This document shows, piece after piece, positions 10,260 to 20,582 of a stretch of DNA of 64,000 bases. How positions within the stretch are numbered: the first letter of the stretch is position 1; each line of letters begins with the position of its first letter. A model generated the notes under the pieces. It was not told where the DNA came from, made no database searches, and was given only the letters and a program-made list of their open reading frames with translations. The translations under genes and the position numbers were made by a program. Origin of the DNA: an uncultured Methanoregula sp. (GTDB lineage: Archaea; Halobacteriota; Methanomicrobia; Methanomicrobiales; Methanospirillaceae). The stretch spans positions 41,241 to 105,240 of the forward strand of contig CAXXQB010000027.1 in the NCBI GenBank assembly GCA_963676405.2, written 5' to 3'.

Positions 10260-10372
10260 TTGTTGTTCATAGATGCATGCATTTCAGGCATTTCATGCGT
10301 TAGTCATCGTTTGGCAGCACCTGCCGGGTGTCACCAGTTTTAATTATCCCGGAAAAGATATCTCTCAGTCTG

Positions 10373-11086
10373 ATGGTTGATACATCTCAGGCAATCGCTG
10401 AAGCAAAACGTGCAGCGGGATACCATGCGGCAGACATGGTGGAAGACGGTATGGTTCTCGGGCTGGGTACCGGTTCGACGGTGTTCTATATGATGGAACG
10501 CCTTTCCGGCAGGATCCGGGACGGACTTCGTGTCTCCGGTGTCCCCACTTCTTTCCAGACGGCAATAATAGCACGGGAATGCGGGATCCCGTTAACAACA
10601 CTGGACGACAATCCTCTCTTAGATATCGCTGTTGATGGTGCCGATCAGGTTGATCCATCCCTTTATTTAATCAAGGGCCGGGGCGCCGCCCACACCCGTG
10701 AAAAATGCGTGGTGTCTGCGGCATTCCGGTTTGTTGTTGTCGTGGATCAGGCAAAAATGGTCCCCCGGCTCGCTGGAATTGTTCCTGTTGAGATCATCCC
10801 GTTTGCACTCACTCCGGCGATGAACCAGCTCCGGGGACTCGGCGGTATTCCGAAAATCCGTAATGGCGTACAAAAAGATGGCCCGGTTATCACGGATAAC
10901 GGGAATTATATTGTCGATTGCCGGTTTGATGAGATCCAAAAGCCGGAAGAACTTGAAGCAACGATAGACCTTATCCCGGGAACTGTCGGGAACGGGCTAT
11001 TCACTGGTTTCCGCGACAAGACTACACTGATTGTCGGAGACAAAAAAAAGTGCCGGGTGATTACATCACCGGATATAGTTTCGTAA
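10373..11086 (+). CDS. rpiA: Ribose-5-phosphate isomerase A
   Basis: GLGTGST, DGADQV, KGRGAAHTREK, GPVITDNGN. Confidence 0.96.
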   Translation: MVDTSQAIAEAKRAAGYHAADMVEDGMVLGLGTGSTVFYMMERLSGRIRDGLRVSGVPTSFQTAIIARECGIPLTTLDDNPLLDIAVDGADQVDPSLYLIKGRGAAHTREKCVVSAAFRFVVVVDQAKMVPRLAGIVPVEIIPFALTPAMNQLRGLGGIPKIRNGVQKDGPVITDNGNYIVDCRFDEIQKPEELEATIDLIPGTVGNGLFTGFRDKTTLIVGDKKKCRVITSPDIVS

Positions 11087-11440
11087 CTTCTGGATCATGG
11101 CGAGCTGGTTGGTCGCCTCTTTCTTCTTCTCTTTTTCGATACTGTCCATAATCTGGGAGATGGGTTTTGCGAGCTCGTAGATCTTTACCGGGCGCCCCTT
11201 GCTCTCCGCCTTGCTCTCGCGGCTGGAGATCCAGTCCTGCTCCATGAGGTAACGCATGGCGATACTCACTTCGGGCTGGCGGAGATCAGTGCCACGCTCG
11301 ATAGCCCGGGATGTTGCCTCGGGGGTATTTGCAAGAAATACGAGGACCTTTGCCACATTCCTTTTGGTTCCGATTTCGATGAGAAGGTTTGCAAACTCTT
11401 CCTCTTTCTCCGTGAAATACTGCACATTTTCAGTTCTCAT
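11066..11440 (-). CDS. Winged-helix transcriptional regulator (methanogen type)
   Basis: SRAIERGTDLRQPEVSIAM helix-turn-helix and KGRPVKIY wing. Confidence 0.85.
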   Translation of the reverse strand: MRTENVQYFTEKEEEFANLLIEIGTKRNVAKVLVFLANTPEATSRAIERGTDLRQPEVSIAMRYLMEQDWISSRESKAESKGRPVKIYELAKPISQIMDSIEKEKKKEATNQLAMIQKLRNYIR

Positions 11441-11647
11441 ACATCACATCCCATTTATGTCTGAATTGATTTACCAAGAAAAATATGTTATCTGGCATAT
11501 ATATAAAATGGTATTGTTGAGCAATAAGCGTTAATTATATATATAATAAAAAAATCGCGATTGCAAAAATATTGATTATAGATATAATTTCTGGTTTATT
11601 GGTTTGGGATGATGGATCTGGTATGCCGAGAAGAAGCCATAAAAATG

Positions 11648-12211
11648 TTATTGCATGAGGCCAAGGTGCCTGAGATCTGCGAGGATTTTGACAACTGCCT
11701 TCTTTGCATCTTCGGGTTCTTTTCCCCCGGTGATGATCAATTTACCGGACCCGAATAAAAGGACAACGACTTTCGGGCTTTCGAGACGATAGACAAGACC
11801 CGGGAACTGTTCCGGCTCATATTCAATCCGGTCGAGATTGAACCCGACCGCAATTTTGTTTAAGTTAATGGCAGTGGCGAGATCGGCAGAGGTAACAATA
11901 TTCTGGATCTTGTAGGTCAGTTTCTTCGGGATGTCAATCTCAAAACTGCGGAGCATTCCGCCAAGAATGTTTAATCCCTTCGTCAGGCTGTCCACGCTCT
12001 TTGCCCCGGTGAGAACGACTTTACCGGAACCAAACACGAGAGCGGCAATTTTTGGGTTCTGCATCCGGAGCACTACGCCGGGAAACCGCTTTTTATTATA
12101 TTCTGCATCCTTGATTTTGGATGCGAGCATAGGGAGATCCAGATAATCGCATACTTTTGCTGAGGCGACAATATTTTCAATTTTGAGTGAGTCCTCTGGT
12201 CTGACCTTCAT
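11648..12211 (-). CDS. tbp: TATA-box-binding protein (paralog 1)
   Basis: Two TBP repeats: IENIVAS..YNKKRFPG..FGSGKVVLTGAK / IQNIVTS..YEPEQFPGL..FGSGKLIITGGK. Confidence 0.96.
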   Translation of the reverse strand: MKVRPEDSLKIENIVASAKVCDYLDLPMLASKIKDAEYNKKRFPGVVLRMQNPKIAALVFGSGKVVLTGAKSVDSLTKGLNILGGMLRSFEIDIPKKLTYKIQNIVTSADLATAINLNKIAVGFNLDRIEYEPEQFPGLVYRLESPKVVVLLFGSGKLIITGGKEPEDAKKAVVKILADLRHLGLMQ

Positions 12212-12267
12212 ATTTATAAGTACCACAAAACAGTATTTAAAAAGTTGGGTGGGGAGTGGCAGTCCGG

Positions 12268-14160
12268 TCACTCATCAAGCGTGGAAATATCGCCCGGGTC
12301 CATCCCCATCTCTTTTGCCTTGAGAACACGTCGCATAATCTTACCGCTCCGTGTCTTGGGAAGAGAGGAAACGAACTCAATGTCCGCAGGCATGGCAATA
12401 GGTCCGAGGGTGATCCTCACATGATAGAGCAATTCGTTTTTCAGCTTATCGCTTGCCGTATGGCCAACCCGCAGAATGACGAATGCTTTTATTATATTGC
12501 CTTTCAGCGGATCCGGTTTCCCGATGACTGCAGCTTCCGCAACGGCTTTGTGGGAGACAAGGGCACTTTCGACCTCGGCTGTGCCAATGTTATGCCCCGC
12601 GACCACGATCAAATCATCTGACCTGCCCAGCACCATAATGTATCCCTTTGCGTTCTTGACCGCAAGGTCGCCAACCGCATAATAACCGGGGATTGTGGAC
12701 CAGTATTTCCTGTACCGCTCATCGTCATTGTAAACCGTACGCAGCATCGCTGGCCAGGGGTCTTTTATCGCGAGAAAACCTCCCGTGCCCGGAGGAACGG
12801 GAATGCCATCTTTGTTCACGACATCGGCAACGACACCCGGAATGGATTTTCCTGCAAAGCCCGGGTACATCGGTTCGCCAATAATTGTCGTAACCATGTG
12901 CATGCCGGTCTCGGTCTGCCACCAGGTATCGACAACCGGGCACCGGCTTTTCCCGATGACACGGTAATACCACTCGAATGCCTCAGGGTTGAGCGGTTCA
13001 CCGACAGAGCCCAAAAGTCGCAGCGAACTTAAATTATATTTGTCCGGCCACACCTCGCCGAGCTTCATAAACATCCGTATCGCAGTTGGTGCAGTGTAAA
13101 GAATCGTCACCCCGAATTCTTCCACCATGCGCCAGTACGCGCCTGCATCCGGGTAATCCGGCGTACCTTCGGTGATGATAATGGTCGCACCCATCGCAAG
13201 TGGACCGTATACAACATACGAATGCCCGGTGATCCATCCCGGATCTGCGGTACACCAGTAGACATCGTTGTCCTTGACATCAAAGACGTTCTTTGTTGTG
13301 TAATACGTGCCGACCATGTAGCCACCGCAGGTATGCACTATACCTTTCGGCGCGCCGGTGGATCCGCTCGTGTACAGGATAAAAAGCGGGTCTTCTGCAT
13401 CCATCACCTCAGGTTCACAGTTGGGACTGACATCATTTACCAGATCATAAAAGTCCACTTCCATTTCGCTGTGGATCTCAACAGGTTGATCAAGTTCACG
13501 CCGGAGTATGACAACATGTTCAACACTTGGTGCATTAAGGACCGCTTCTTCGACAGTATTCTTGAGCGGGATGGACTTTCCGCGCCGGAATGTAACATCT
13601 GCGGTAATAACAACCTTGGCTTCGGCACCGGTGATCCTGCTGTTGAGCGCAGTGGCACCAAATCCGCCAAACACAACGCTGTGCACCGCACCAATCCGGG
13701 CGCACGCAAGCATCGAGATTACCTGTTCCGGCACCATCGGCATGTAGATACAGACCCGGTCGCCTTTACCGACACCGAGCTTTTTTAAACCATTTGCTAC
13801 CCGCATAACTTCACGGTAAAGTTGCCGGTAGGTAAAAATCCGCTCGGTGTCATCCTCACCTTTCCAGATGAGCGCGACTTTGTTGCGCCGCCCATCGATT
13901 ACATGACGGTCAAGACAGTTGTGGGTGATGTTAGTCTTGCCATCAACGAACCACCGTGCGTAAGGATAGTTCCACTCCTTTACTTTGGTATAGGGAGAGA
14001 ACCAGTCAAGTTCATGAGCAATTTTATCCCAGAACCGGTCAGGATCTTTTCGGAATTCGTTATATGCTGTCTCGTAATCCCCTATCCAGCTGTTCTTCTT
14101 GAAGGAGGGATCCGGTGTATAATTCTTTTCAGTGAGTTTGACGTCAAAGTTCTCTGTCAT
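12268..14160 (-). CDS. acs: Acetyl-CoA synthetase (AMP-forming)
   Basis: YTSGSTGAPKG, WCTADPGWITGHSY, SVGEPLNPE, DTWWQTETG, PKTRSGKIMRR. Confidence 0.96.
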   Translation of the reverse strand: MTENFDVKLTEKNYTPDPSFKKNSWIGDYETAYNEFRKDPDRFWDKIAHELDWFSPYTKVKEWNYPYARWFVDGKTNITHNCLDRHVIDGRRNKVALIWKGEDDTERIFTYRQLYREVMRVANGLKKLGVGKGDRVCIYMPMVPEQVISMLACARIGAVHSVVFGGFGATALNSRITGAEAKVVITADVTFRRGKSIPLKNTVEEAVLNAPSVEHVVILRRELDQPVEIHSEMEVDFYDLVNDVSPNCEPEVMDAEDPLFILYTSGSTGAPKGIVHTCGGYMVGTYYTTKNVFDVKDNDVYWCTADPGWITGHSYVVYGPLAMGATIIITEGTPDYPDAGAYWRMVEEFGVTILYTAPTAIRMFMKLGEVWPDKYNLSSLRLLGSVGEPLNPEAFEWYYRVIGKSRCPVVDTWWQTETGMHMVTTIIGEPMYPGFAGKSIPGVVADVVNKDGIPVPPGTGGFLAIKDPWPAMLRTVYNDDERYRKYWSTIPGYYAVGDLAVKNAKGYIMVLGRSDDLIVVAGHNIGTAEVESALVSHKAVAEAAVIGKPDPLKGNIIKAFVILRVGHTASDKLKNELLYHVRITLGPIAMPADIEFVSSLPKTRSGKIMRRVLKAKEMGMDPGDISTLDE

Positions 14161-14486
14161 GAAAAGCCCCGATTTTACATTATTAATAATGATTTTTTCA
14201 GTTAAAAGGTTGTCATTTTCTTCTTGGAGAAATTGAAAAATACCGGAGTCGCGTCACTGTTTGTCATGCACGGCATTACCGGCATAGAACAGGTTTGCAT
14301 CCGCTTGTTTCGTAACTAATTGATTGCCCGTTATCCGATTCATCATATGCCCGACAGTTATTCCCTTTGCGGCACATGGCAGGATGTTCGCGTGAAATGA
14401 ATTGCACAAAAAATATATCGTTTTATTCTTTGCCCATCGGAAACGGATTCGTACTCAACGGAATTTTGTATAAGTATGGCTTAAAA

Positions 14487-14807
14487 TCAATCGTATTGCC
14501 GCCATGTATGCCCGCATTCGGTGCAGCGGAAGAACCGGACTTCACTCTCATCAGCGGCGCGGAGCTGGCGGAGCCACCAGATGGCCAGGTTATTTGCGCA
14601 CTTCGGGCATTTGATCTGGATGGTGGGCATGGTCTTCTGGTCTTCTTTCTCGTCATCGACAATCGTAATCTCATTCTCGGTACGATCCGTCTTGCGGGTC
14701 ATCTTATTCTGGTCGGTGTCATCAATCTTTCTGATGTAACCGCATTTCCGGCATTTGAGCTGCCCCCCCGACGACATTAGCATACTCTTACATTCAGGAC
14801 AAAACAT
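14487..14807 (-). CDS. tfs: Transcription factor S
   Basis: N-terminal FCPEC..CRKC and C-terminal CPKC..QLRAADESE..CTECGHTWR zinc ribbons. Confidence 0.95.
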   Translation of the reverse strand: MFCPECKSMLMSSGGQLKCRKCGYIRKIDDTDQNKMTRKTDRTENEITIVDDEKEDQKTMPTIQIKCPKCANNLAIWWLRQLRAADESEVRFFRCTECGHTWRQYD

Positions 14808-15085
14808 CGTGTAGTATGCGCCATGTAAGGAGATTAAATCTCTTATCGTAACTATGCAGGATTTCTACTCTCTTCATTACGTAGCACGTGAAGTCATTGG
14901 TCCATTGGAAATCGAATGTGAAAACGCCTTTCCACGAATTTCATGCCTTTGTTTGTGTCACTAAGGAGGCACGTTCATTCTCTCTTGGTGGTGAACCAGT
15001 TGCATGAATTATTTATCCCTCCCAGAAGCCATGCATTGATGCCACAAGAGAATCCTTTTTTTGGTATCAGGTGGATAAGTCTATA

Positions 15086-15895
15086 ATGATCGAGTATCTC
15101 GTGCTGATTTCCTGTGTCGGATTTCTGGCATTTCTTATACCCGGTCGCCATCGGAAATATGCTGCCATTATTGGCTGGATATTTGTCGTCCTCTTTCTCT
15201 TCGCAGAACTCCCCTATTATTTCTCAATAAACAACTTCCTCTACCCGGTCATCGCGGCGCTATCAGTGCCATTTTTGTATATCACAATAAAGTACCTGCG
15301 GACAGAAGACTACCGTCTCATGCAACTCTCGCGGGCAGCGGCGGTTGCCTTTTTAATCTATGCCCCGTTTGAATATATTCCGGTGCTGGGCAACTGGCTT
15401 ATCGACATCGTTGTCGGGCAGGTAGTCTGGCTGCTCAATGCTCTCAATTACCCGGTTTCACTCGCGGACTGGAATATTATTATCCGTCACGGCTTCCGGG
15501 TTGAGATCATCCTTGCCTGCACCGGTATCCAGAGTATCGCTATCATGCTGGGCGTTGCTGCAGCAGTGCCAACCACTCTTCGCCAGAAATTATATGCGTT
15601 TCTGATCGTCGTTCCAACGATCTACATCCTCAACCTGCTACGAAATGTCTTTGTCATTATCTCGTATACCGAGCAGCTGTTCCCCTACTACCCGGAAATT
15701 GCAAGCAACGGGGAGATCGGGTACGAGAGTTTTTTCTGGGCGCACAACGTGATTGCCGAACTTGTCGCCCTCATCCTCCTTGTCCTGATCGCGTATGGTC
15801 TCTTTATGGTCATTCCAAAACTGGGGAGTTTTGCTGAAGAACTATACCAGCTCTTCTATGGGGAATTTAAAAAAGAGTTTGGTAAAGATAAATGA
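15086..15895 (+). CDS. artA: Archaeosortase A
   Basis: Multi-TM protein with VEIILACTGIQS (catalytic Cys), LNLLRNV (Arg) and SFFWAHN. Confidence 0.9.
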   Translation: MIEYLVLISCVGFLAFLIPGRHRKYAAIIGWIFVVLFLFAELPYYFSINNFLYPVIAALSVPFLYITIKYLRTEDYRLMQLSRAAAVAFLIYAPFEYIPVLGNWLIDIVVGQVVWLLNALNYPVSLADWNIIIRHGFRVEIILACTGIQSIAIMLGVAAAVPTTLRQKLYAFLIVVPTIYILNLLRNVFVIISYTEQLFPYYPEIASNGEIGYESFFWAHNVIAELVALILLVLIAYGLFMVIPKLGSFAEELYQLFYGEFKKEFGKDK

Positions 15896-16499
15896 CCCGC
15901 TGGATCGCGGAAAGGTTTGTGCAGACTGCGATGAGTATTACTGCCACCCAGATAAAACCCGTCACCCCGCCAAGGATCAGGACCAGAAACGTCTCCGGTC
16001 TGCCAAAAAAACCGACTCCTTCGAGAGGGTCATCAATCTTCCCTTCCACTTTTTCCCGGTAGCCAATCTCTGCGTAGACCACCGGTTTGATGAAGGTGTT
16101 CATCAAAGAGCCGATGATCGCAAAAGCCACGATCGCAAAATCGGTGACTGGCGGCACAGCAATATACTGGCTGATAATGGCCGTGCCGGAGAGACCAATG
16201 CCTAAAAGTACGAGGGCATCGACGTATTTATCGACAATCCAGTCAAAAACCGCACCGAATTTTGTGTGACTGTCCGTCATGCGTGCGACGCTGCCGTCAA
16301 CAAGGTCAAGGATTGCCGAGAGGAAAAGGGCAAGGCTGCCCCAGAGAAATTGTTGGCGAAAAAACAGGACAGCACACGCAATACCGGCAATAAGGGAAAG
16401 CACCGAGATCTGGTTGGGGGTGATATGGCACCGGACAAAGATCCCTGCGACCGGTTCAAGATATTTCATGAACCGTGGTCTGAGTGCGGTAATATTCAT
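15867..16499 (-). CDS. CDP-alcohol phosphatidyltransferase
   Basis: TPNQIS and DLVDGSVAR..FGAVFDWIVDKYVD signature. Confidence 0.92.
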   Translation of the reverse strand: MNITALRPRFMKYLEPVAGIFVRCHITPNQISVLSLIAGIACAVLFFRQQFLWGSLALFLSAILDLVDGSVARMTDSHTKFGAVFDWIVDKYVDALVLLGIGLSGTAIISQYIAVPPVTDFAIVAFAIIGSLMNTFIKPVVYAEIGYREKVEGKIDDPLEGVGFFGRPETFLVLILGGVTGFIWVAVILIAVCTNLSAIQRVIYLYQTLF

Positions 16500-16632
16500 A
16501 ACTCAATTCATGGGTACGCGAACCATTAATAGTTGCGGAACATCGCTATAGTGACGCCCGGAATCACCGGAAGTCTTCCATCATCATATTCTTTATATCC
16601 TGCGTCAAATCTAAACGAGAGAGTGGAGTAGT

Positions 16633-17319
16633 ATGAGTGAGACGTTGAACCGCCCGCATGTCCTGATGATGTCCGAAATTACCGCGGACGGCAAGCTCAC
16701 CTTGAAAAAGGGGGCGTCAAGCAAGATCCTGATGAAGTACATGGCGCACGAGACCGAGATCCTGCTCCATGAAACCCGTGCTGCATATGACGCGATCATG
16801 GTCGGCGCAAACACGATCCGTATCGACAACTCTTTTCTGACCGTACGGCTGGTACCGGGAAAGAGCCCGATCCGGGTCATCCCGTGCAGCATGGCAGACA
16901 TCCCATTGGATGCAAATGTGCTCGGCACAGATGCACCAACAGTGATCGCCGTTTGTGAGACAGCGCCACCGGGCCGTGTGGATGCAATCCGGGCAAAGGG
17001 CGTACAAGTCGTTGTAGCGGGAAAAACACATGTTGATCTTCCGCTCCTCATGAAAATTTTAAAAGAAAAGTTCGGGGTAAACAAGCTGATGATCGAAGGC
17101 GGACCTACGCTGAACTGGCATATGCTCCACGATAAACTGGTCGATGAGATCCGGCTTATCCACCTGCCGTTCATTGTCGGAGGTTCTGATACCCCTTCGC
17201 TTGTTGGCGGTATGCACATTAATTCAGAGGACGAGATGATACGGTTGACCTTAAAAAAATTCTATATGTGCGGCAGCAACCTGGTATCGGAATTTGATGT
17301 GTTATACCAGGATCGGTGA
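16633..17319 (+). CDS. RibD C-terminal / pyrimidine reductase family protein
   Basis: DGKL, AIMVGANTIRIDN, LMIEGGPTLN, LVDEIRL. Confidence 0.88.
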   Translation: MSETLNRPHVLMMSEITADGKLTLKKGASSKILMKYMAHETEILLHETRAAYDAIMVGANTIRIDNSFLTVRLVPGKSPIRVIPCSMADIPLDANVLGTDAPTVIAVCETAPPGRVDAIRAKGVQVVVAGKTHVDLPLLMKILKEKFGVNKLMIEGGPTLNWHMLHDKLVDEIRLIHLPFIVGGSDTPSLVGGMHINSEDEMIRLTLKKFYMCGSNLVSEFDVLYQDR

Positions 17320-17329
17320 CGACCCCATT

Positions 17330-18127
17330 ATGGCAACACCTATTGCACCGCAACTGACACCAGTTGAGAGCCATTCCGGTTCCGGATTAAAATGGTTCTT
17401 TGTGATCATAATAGGCGTGATTATCGTCATCGGGTTATGCATCGCCGTCTTCTACCTTACGCATGCTAACGAGAGAGGTGTCTCCGTAGTCCGTATGGAA
17501 GGAACCATGGTAACCGGTGATTTTTCTGATGAGGACTCTGTTGGCAGTGAACATGTAGGGAGGGAACTCCGGAACGCGGCTGACGATCCTATGACCGAAG
17601 CAATCGTACTCCGCGTAAACAGTCCGGGCGGCACCCCTGCTGCGGCACAGGAGATTATCGGGGATCTCGAATATGCAAAGACAAAAAAACCTGTTGTTGT
17701 GTCAATGGGTGACATGGCAACATCTGCGGCATATTATGTCAGTGCTCACGCGGACAAGATTTATGCCAACCCGGATACTTTTACCGCAGGAGTTGGCGTT
17801 ATCTGGACATTTTCTGATATCAGCCGGTGGAACACAAACGAAGGCTACAACATCTCCGTTATCAAATCTGGTGAAAAAAAGGATATGGGATCAGTCTCAC
17901 GCCCCATCAGCGATCAAGAACGCATCTATGCACAGAAGATCGTAAATGACAGTTTTGAACTGTTTATTAATGACGTGACCAGACAGAGAATTATTTCCCG
18001 TTCAGATATTGATGACGGCAGGGTGATCCGGGGTGCCGATGCGGTGAAGATCAATATTGTTGACGAGCTCGGCAACTTAAACGATGCGATTGACGGCGCA
18101 AAAGCGATTGCCGCGTCACGGCGTTAG
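17330..18127 (+). CDS. sppA: Signal peptide peptidase SppA (S49)
   Basis: N-terminal TM; LRVNSPGG, KPVVVSMGDMATSAAYY, KSGEKKD. Confidence 0.92.
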   Translation: MATPIAPQLTPVESHSGSGLKWFFVIIIGVIIVIGLCIAVFYLTHANERGVSVVRMEGTMVTGDFSDEDSVGSEHVGRELRNAADDPMTEAIVLRVNSPGGTPAAAQEIIGDLEYAKTKKPVVVSMGDMATSAAYYVSAHADKIYANPDTFTAGVGVIWTFSDISRWNTNEGYNISVIKSGEKKDMGSVSRPISDQERIYAQKIVNDSFELFINDVTRQRIISRSDIDDGRVIRGADAVKINIVDELGNLNDAIDGAKAIAASRR

Positions 18128-19395
18128 ACCATCTGCAGCGGATCGGTCTTCATGAATTCCCGGCAGACGGTCGTTGCATAGTGTCCCGGTGGCAGGGAGA
18201 AACGGAGCCTTACTGAATCTTCACTAATCATTGACTCGATGATAGTCTTCAGTGTAATCGGGCGCCACGCTCCATCAAATTTTGTCCGTACAAACTGGGC
18301 AGCCCGTAAAAAATCCTCCGGGGTAATTTTCATCTCATTGAGGATCTGATCTGTCGCAGGGTTTCTTGTTGCAGCATCATCCGGACCTTTCCCCGGCATA
18401 AAGAGCGCGATGGTGCACCGGTTCCGTGCAATGTGCAACTTTACGACACGGATATTATGTGCAGTTACGGTATCAGTCCGCCCGTTAAGAAAGAGCACAT
18501 GGTCCCCCGGAACAGGATCTGTAAGCGTGTTGCCCTCAGAAAACCGGCGGGACAACGCACAGTTGAAAACATAAGACTGGAACGCCGAGACGAACATTGA
18601 GAGGAGTTTTGGCGGGAGCTCGTGGAGGGCTCCTGTATAATCACCCGGATGTGTGTAGAGATGGTGGAGCATCGCCCGCTCAAATGCCATTGGGGAGGGC
18701 AGGTTGCGCAATGCTTCAGTCGGGTCCCGTGAATCAGCAAAATCTTTCCGAATAGCCCGGATATCGTCGCGCTCGTGAGGAAATGCCTCACCGACATAGG
18801 TCACAACTGCGCGTTCATAATCCCCGCGCAGGATATATTCTCCGACGCGGTGCGTGAGCGGGCGGATGACACCGAAGCGCTGAAGCCCGAAATAGTTGGG
18901 AATCGCTGTTGCTGCAATAGCAGATATTTCAGTGACGCGCCCCTCCAGATCGTGCGTGTCCGCGTCCCGGATGACAAGATCGAACCGGTTTCCTCCGAGA
19001 TCCCCCAGTGAAAGCTGTTCGTTTGACCGCCCGACAACCTCAAGGAAGATATCTTTTAACCGGACCTCCGCTACCTGTTCGGGTGGCACATCATAGACGG
19101 AGATGAACTGTGTCGTGACTGCGTTTTTGTCCTTTGTTCCCGCCCATCCGATCCGGCGGTGACTGATATTGAGCCGTCGAGCGATCTCTTTTACCGCATG
19201 CTGGAGTTCCCAGTTGGTTTTTGTAAGCTTGCAGATGAGATACGGACCGGTGGTTGTGCTCCAGTCTTTCACGGGGATTTCATCGACACGGAAATCATCA
19301 GGAATTGCCCGGAGCCTGCCACCAATCCCTTCAGCCCCGCTTGCATAATACTGCATCCCGAGCTCGCGTTCGAGGGGGAAGGTGCTCTCTTTCAT
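18124..19395 (-). CDS. truD: tRNA pseudouridine(13) synthase
   Basis: DFRVDEI, AGTKDKNAVTTQ, GNRFDL, PNYFGLQRFG, FSLPPGHYATTVCRE. Confidence 0.96.
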   Translation of the reverse strand: MKESTFPLERELGMQYYASGAEGIGGRLRAIPDDFRVDEIPVKDWSTTTGPYLICKLTKTNWELQHAVKEIARRLNISHRRIGWAGTKDKNAVTTQFISVYDVPPEQVAEVRLKDIFLEVVGRSNEQLSLGDLGGNRFDLVIRDADTHDLEGRVTEISAIAATAIPNYFGLQRFGVIRPLTHRVGEYILRGDYERAVVTYVGEAFPHERDDIRAIRKDFADSRDPTEALRNLPSPMAFERAMLHHLYTHPGDYTGALHELPPKLLSMFVSAFQSYVFNCALSRRFSEGNTLTDPVPGDHVLFLNGRTDTVTAHNIRVVKLHIARNRCTIALFMPGKGPDDAATRNPATDQILNEMKITPEDFLRAAQFVRTKFDGAWRPITLKTIIESMISEDSVRLRFSLPPGHYATTVCREFMKTDPLQMV

Positions 19396-19754
19396 AGAAG
19401 GGAAAGGTTACCGGTGATCTTGTCGAGGTCTTCTGTTTTTGCCGGCCCGAGTCCGAGCGCGGTAATTGTGCCGGGCGGGAGCTCGGTCATCCCCGCATCC
19501 TGGATGAGCGAGGTTGAGATACCTGCCCGCTTGGCGATCACCTTGATCTCAAAGAGTGTCCGTTCGTTATCTGCCTTGAGCACCACCTTTTTCTGCCCCT
19601 CCGTCTGCCATGCCTTTTTGAGGGTCTTGTCTGCGTTATCGAACGCACCGATGGATGCATGCGCTGCCTGTGCGCATTTCTTGCCGCAGCTCATCTTTAT
19701 GTCATTCCTGAGGATGAGGCACTGCTTATATCTGAAAACCGGCTCGACTGCCAT
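19392..19754 (-). CDS. pth2: Peptidyl-tRNA hydrolase Pth2
   Basis: MSCGKKCAQAAHA, GQKKVVL, DAGMTEL..GTITALGLGP. Confidence 0.95.
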   Translation of the reverse strand: MAVEPVFRYKQCLILRNDIKMSCGKKCAQAAHASIGAFDNADKTLKKAWQTEGQKKVVLKADNERTLFEIKVIAKRAGISTSLIQDAGMTELPPGTITALGLGPAKTEDLDKITGNLSLL

Positions 19755-19930
19755 TCTCTCTAATCTTGATCCCGGCACATCAAATAGGTATAGCAGGGTC
19801 CGGCATTCTCCATATCTGTGATCATCAACCAGATACCAAAAAGAGTGTTGTGTGAGATGCGCTATTCACAAAGGGTGCTATTTGACTGCTTTACACAATG
19901 AATCGCTGGATGTCCAGATCCTCTTTTTCA

Positions 19931-19952
19931 AATACTCTAACATTAGAATATT
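19931..19952. promoter_or_regulatory. Palindromic operator upstream of padR
   Basis: AATACTCTAA-CA-TTAGAATATT (10-bp arms, one mismatch) ending 6 nt before the padR ATG. Confidence 0.6.
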
Positions 19953-19958
19953 ATATGT

Positions 19959-20582
19959 ATGAAATACCGGGCTCCGGGCATTAACGAACGGGAAGCCGCT
20001 GTATTGGGACTATTATACGAGCGCCCGCTCTACGGCTATACCATCGAGAAGATCATTGAAGAGAGAGGGATGCGCCACTGGACAGACATCGGCTTTTCGT
20101 CTATCTATTACGTCTTAAAACGGCTCGAACATCGGGACCTGATCACGAGTTCTTCAGAACAGGAAGGGACAGGCCCATCGAGGAACGTATATACCATCAC
20201 CGCCGCGGGCAGGGGAGGGATGAAAGAAACCGTGCGTCTCTTTCTCTCGCGCTACACGAAAATGATCTCTCCCTTTAATCTCGGCATAGCAAATGCCGCA
20301 CTGCTATCCCGTAACGAGCTCATCGGTTGTCTCGATGAGCGGCTATTAATGATTGATGAAACGGTCCTTTATGTTGAATCCCTGCGTGAATCAAAAATTA
20401 CTGAAGCACGCCCCTATTATGTGATTGCCCTTTTTGACCGGTCACTTGCCCATTTAAGAACCGAACGGGACTGGATTGCAGGTTTTATCAGGGACTTGCA
20501 GGAAAGGACGGGTGCAATGGGATTGACAAAAGAACAGGAGCCGGGGACAGAACAGAAGGTTTACCGTAACCGGAGGATATGA
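19959..20582 (+). CDS. PadR-family transcriptional regulator
   Basis: VLGLL..PLYGYTI..SIYYVLKRLE...RNVYTITAAGR. Confidence 0.92.
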   Translation: MKYRAPGINEREAAVLGLLYERPLYGYTIEKIIEERGMRHWTDIGFSSIYYVLKRLEHRDLITSSSEQEGTGPSRNVYTITAAGRGGMKETVRLFLSRYTKMISPFNLGIANAALLSRNELIGCLDERLLMIDETVLYVESLRESKITEARPYYVIALFDRSLAHLRTERDWIAGFIRDLQERTGAMGLTKEQEPGTEQKVYRNRRI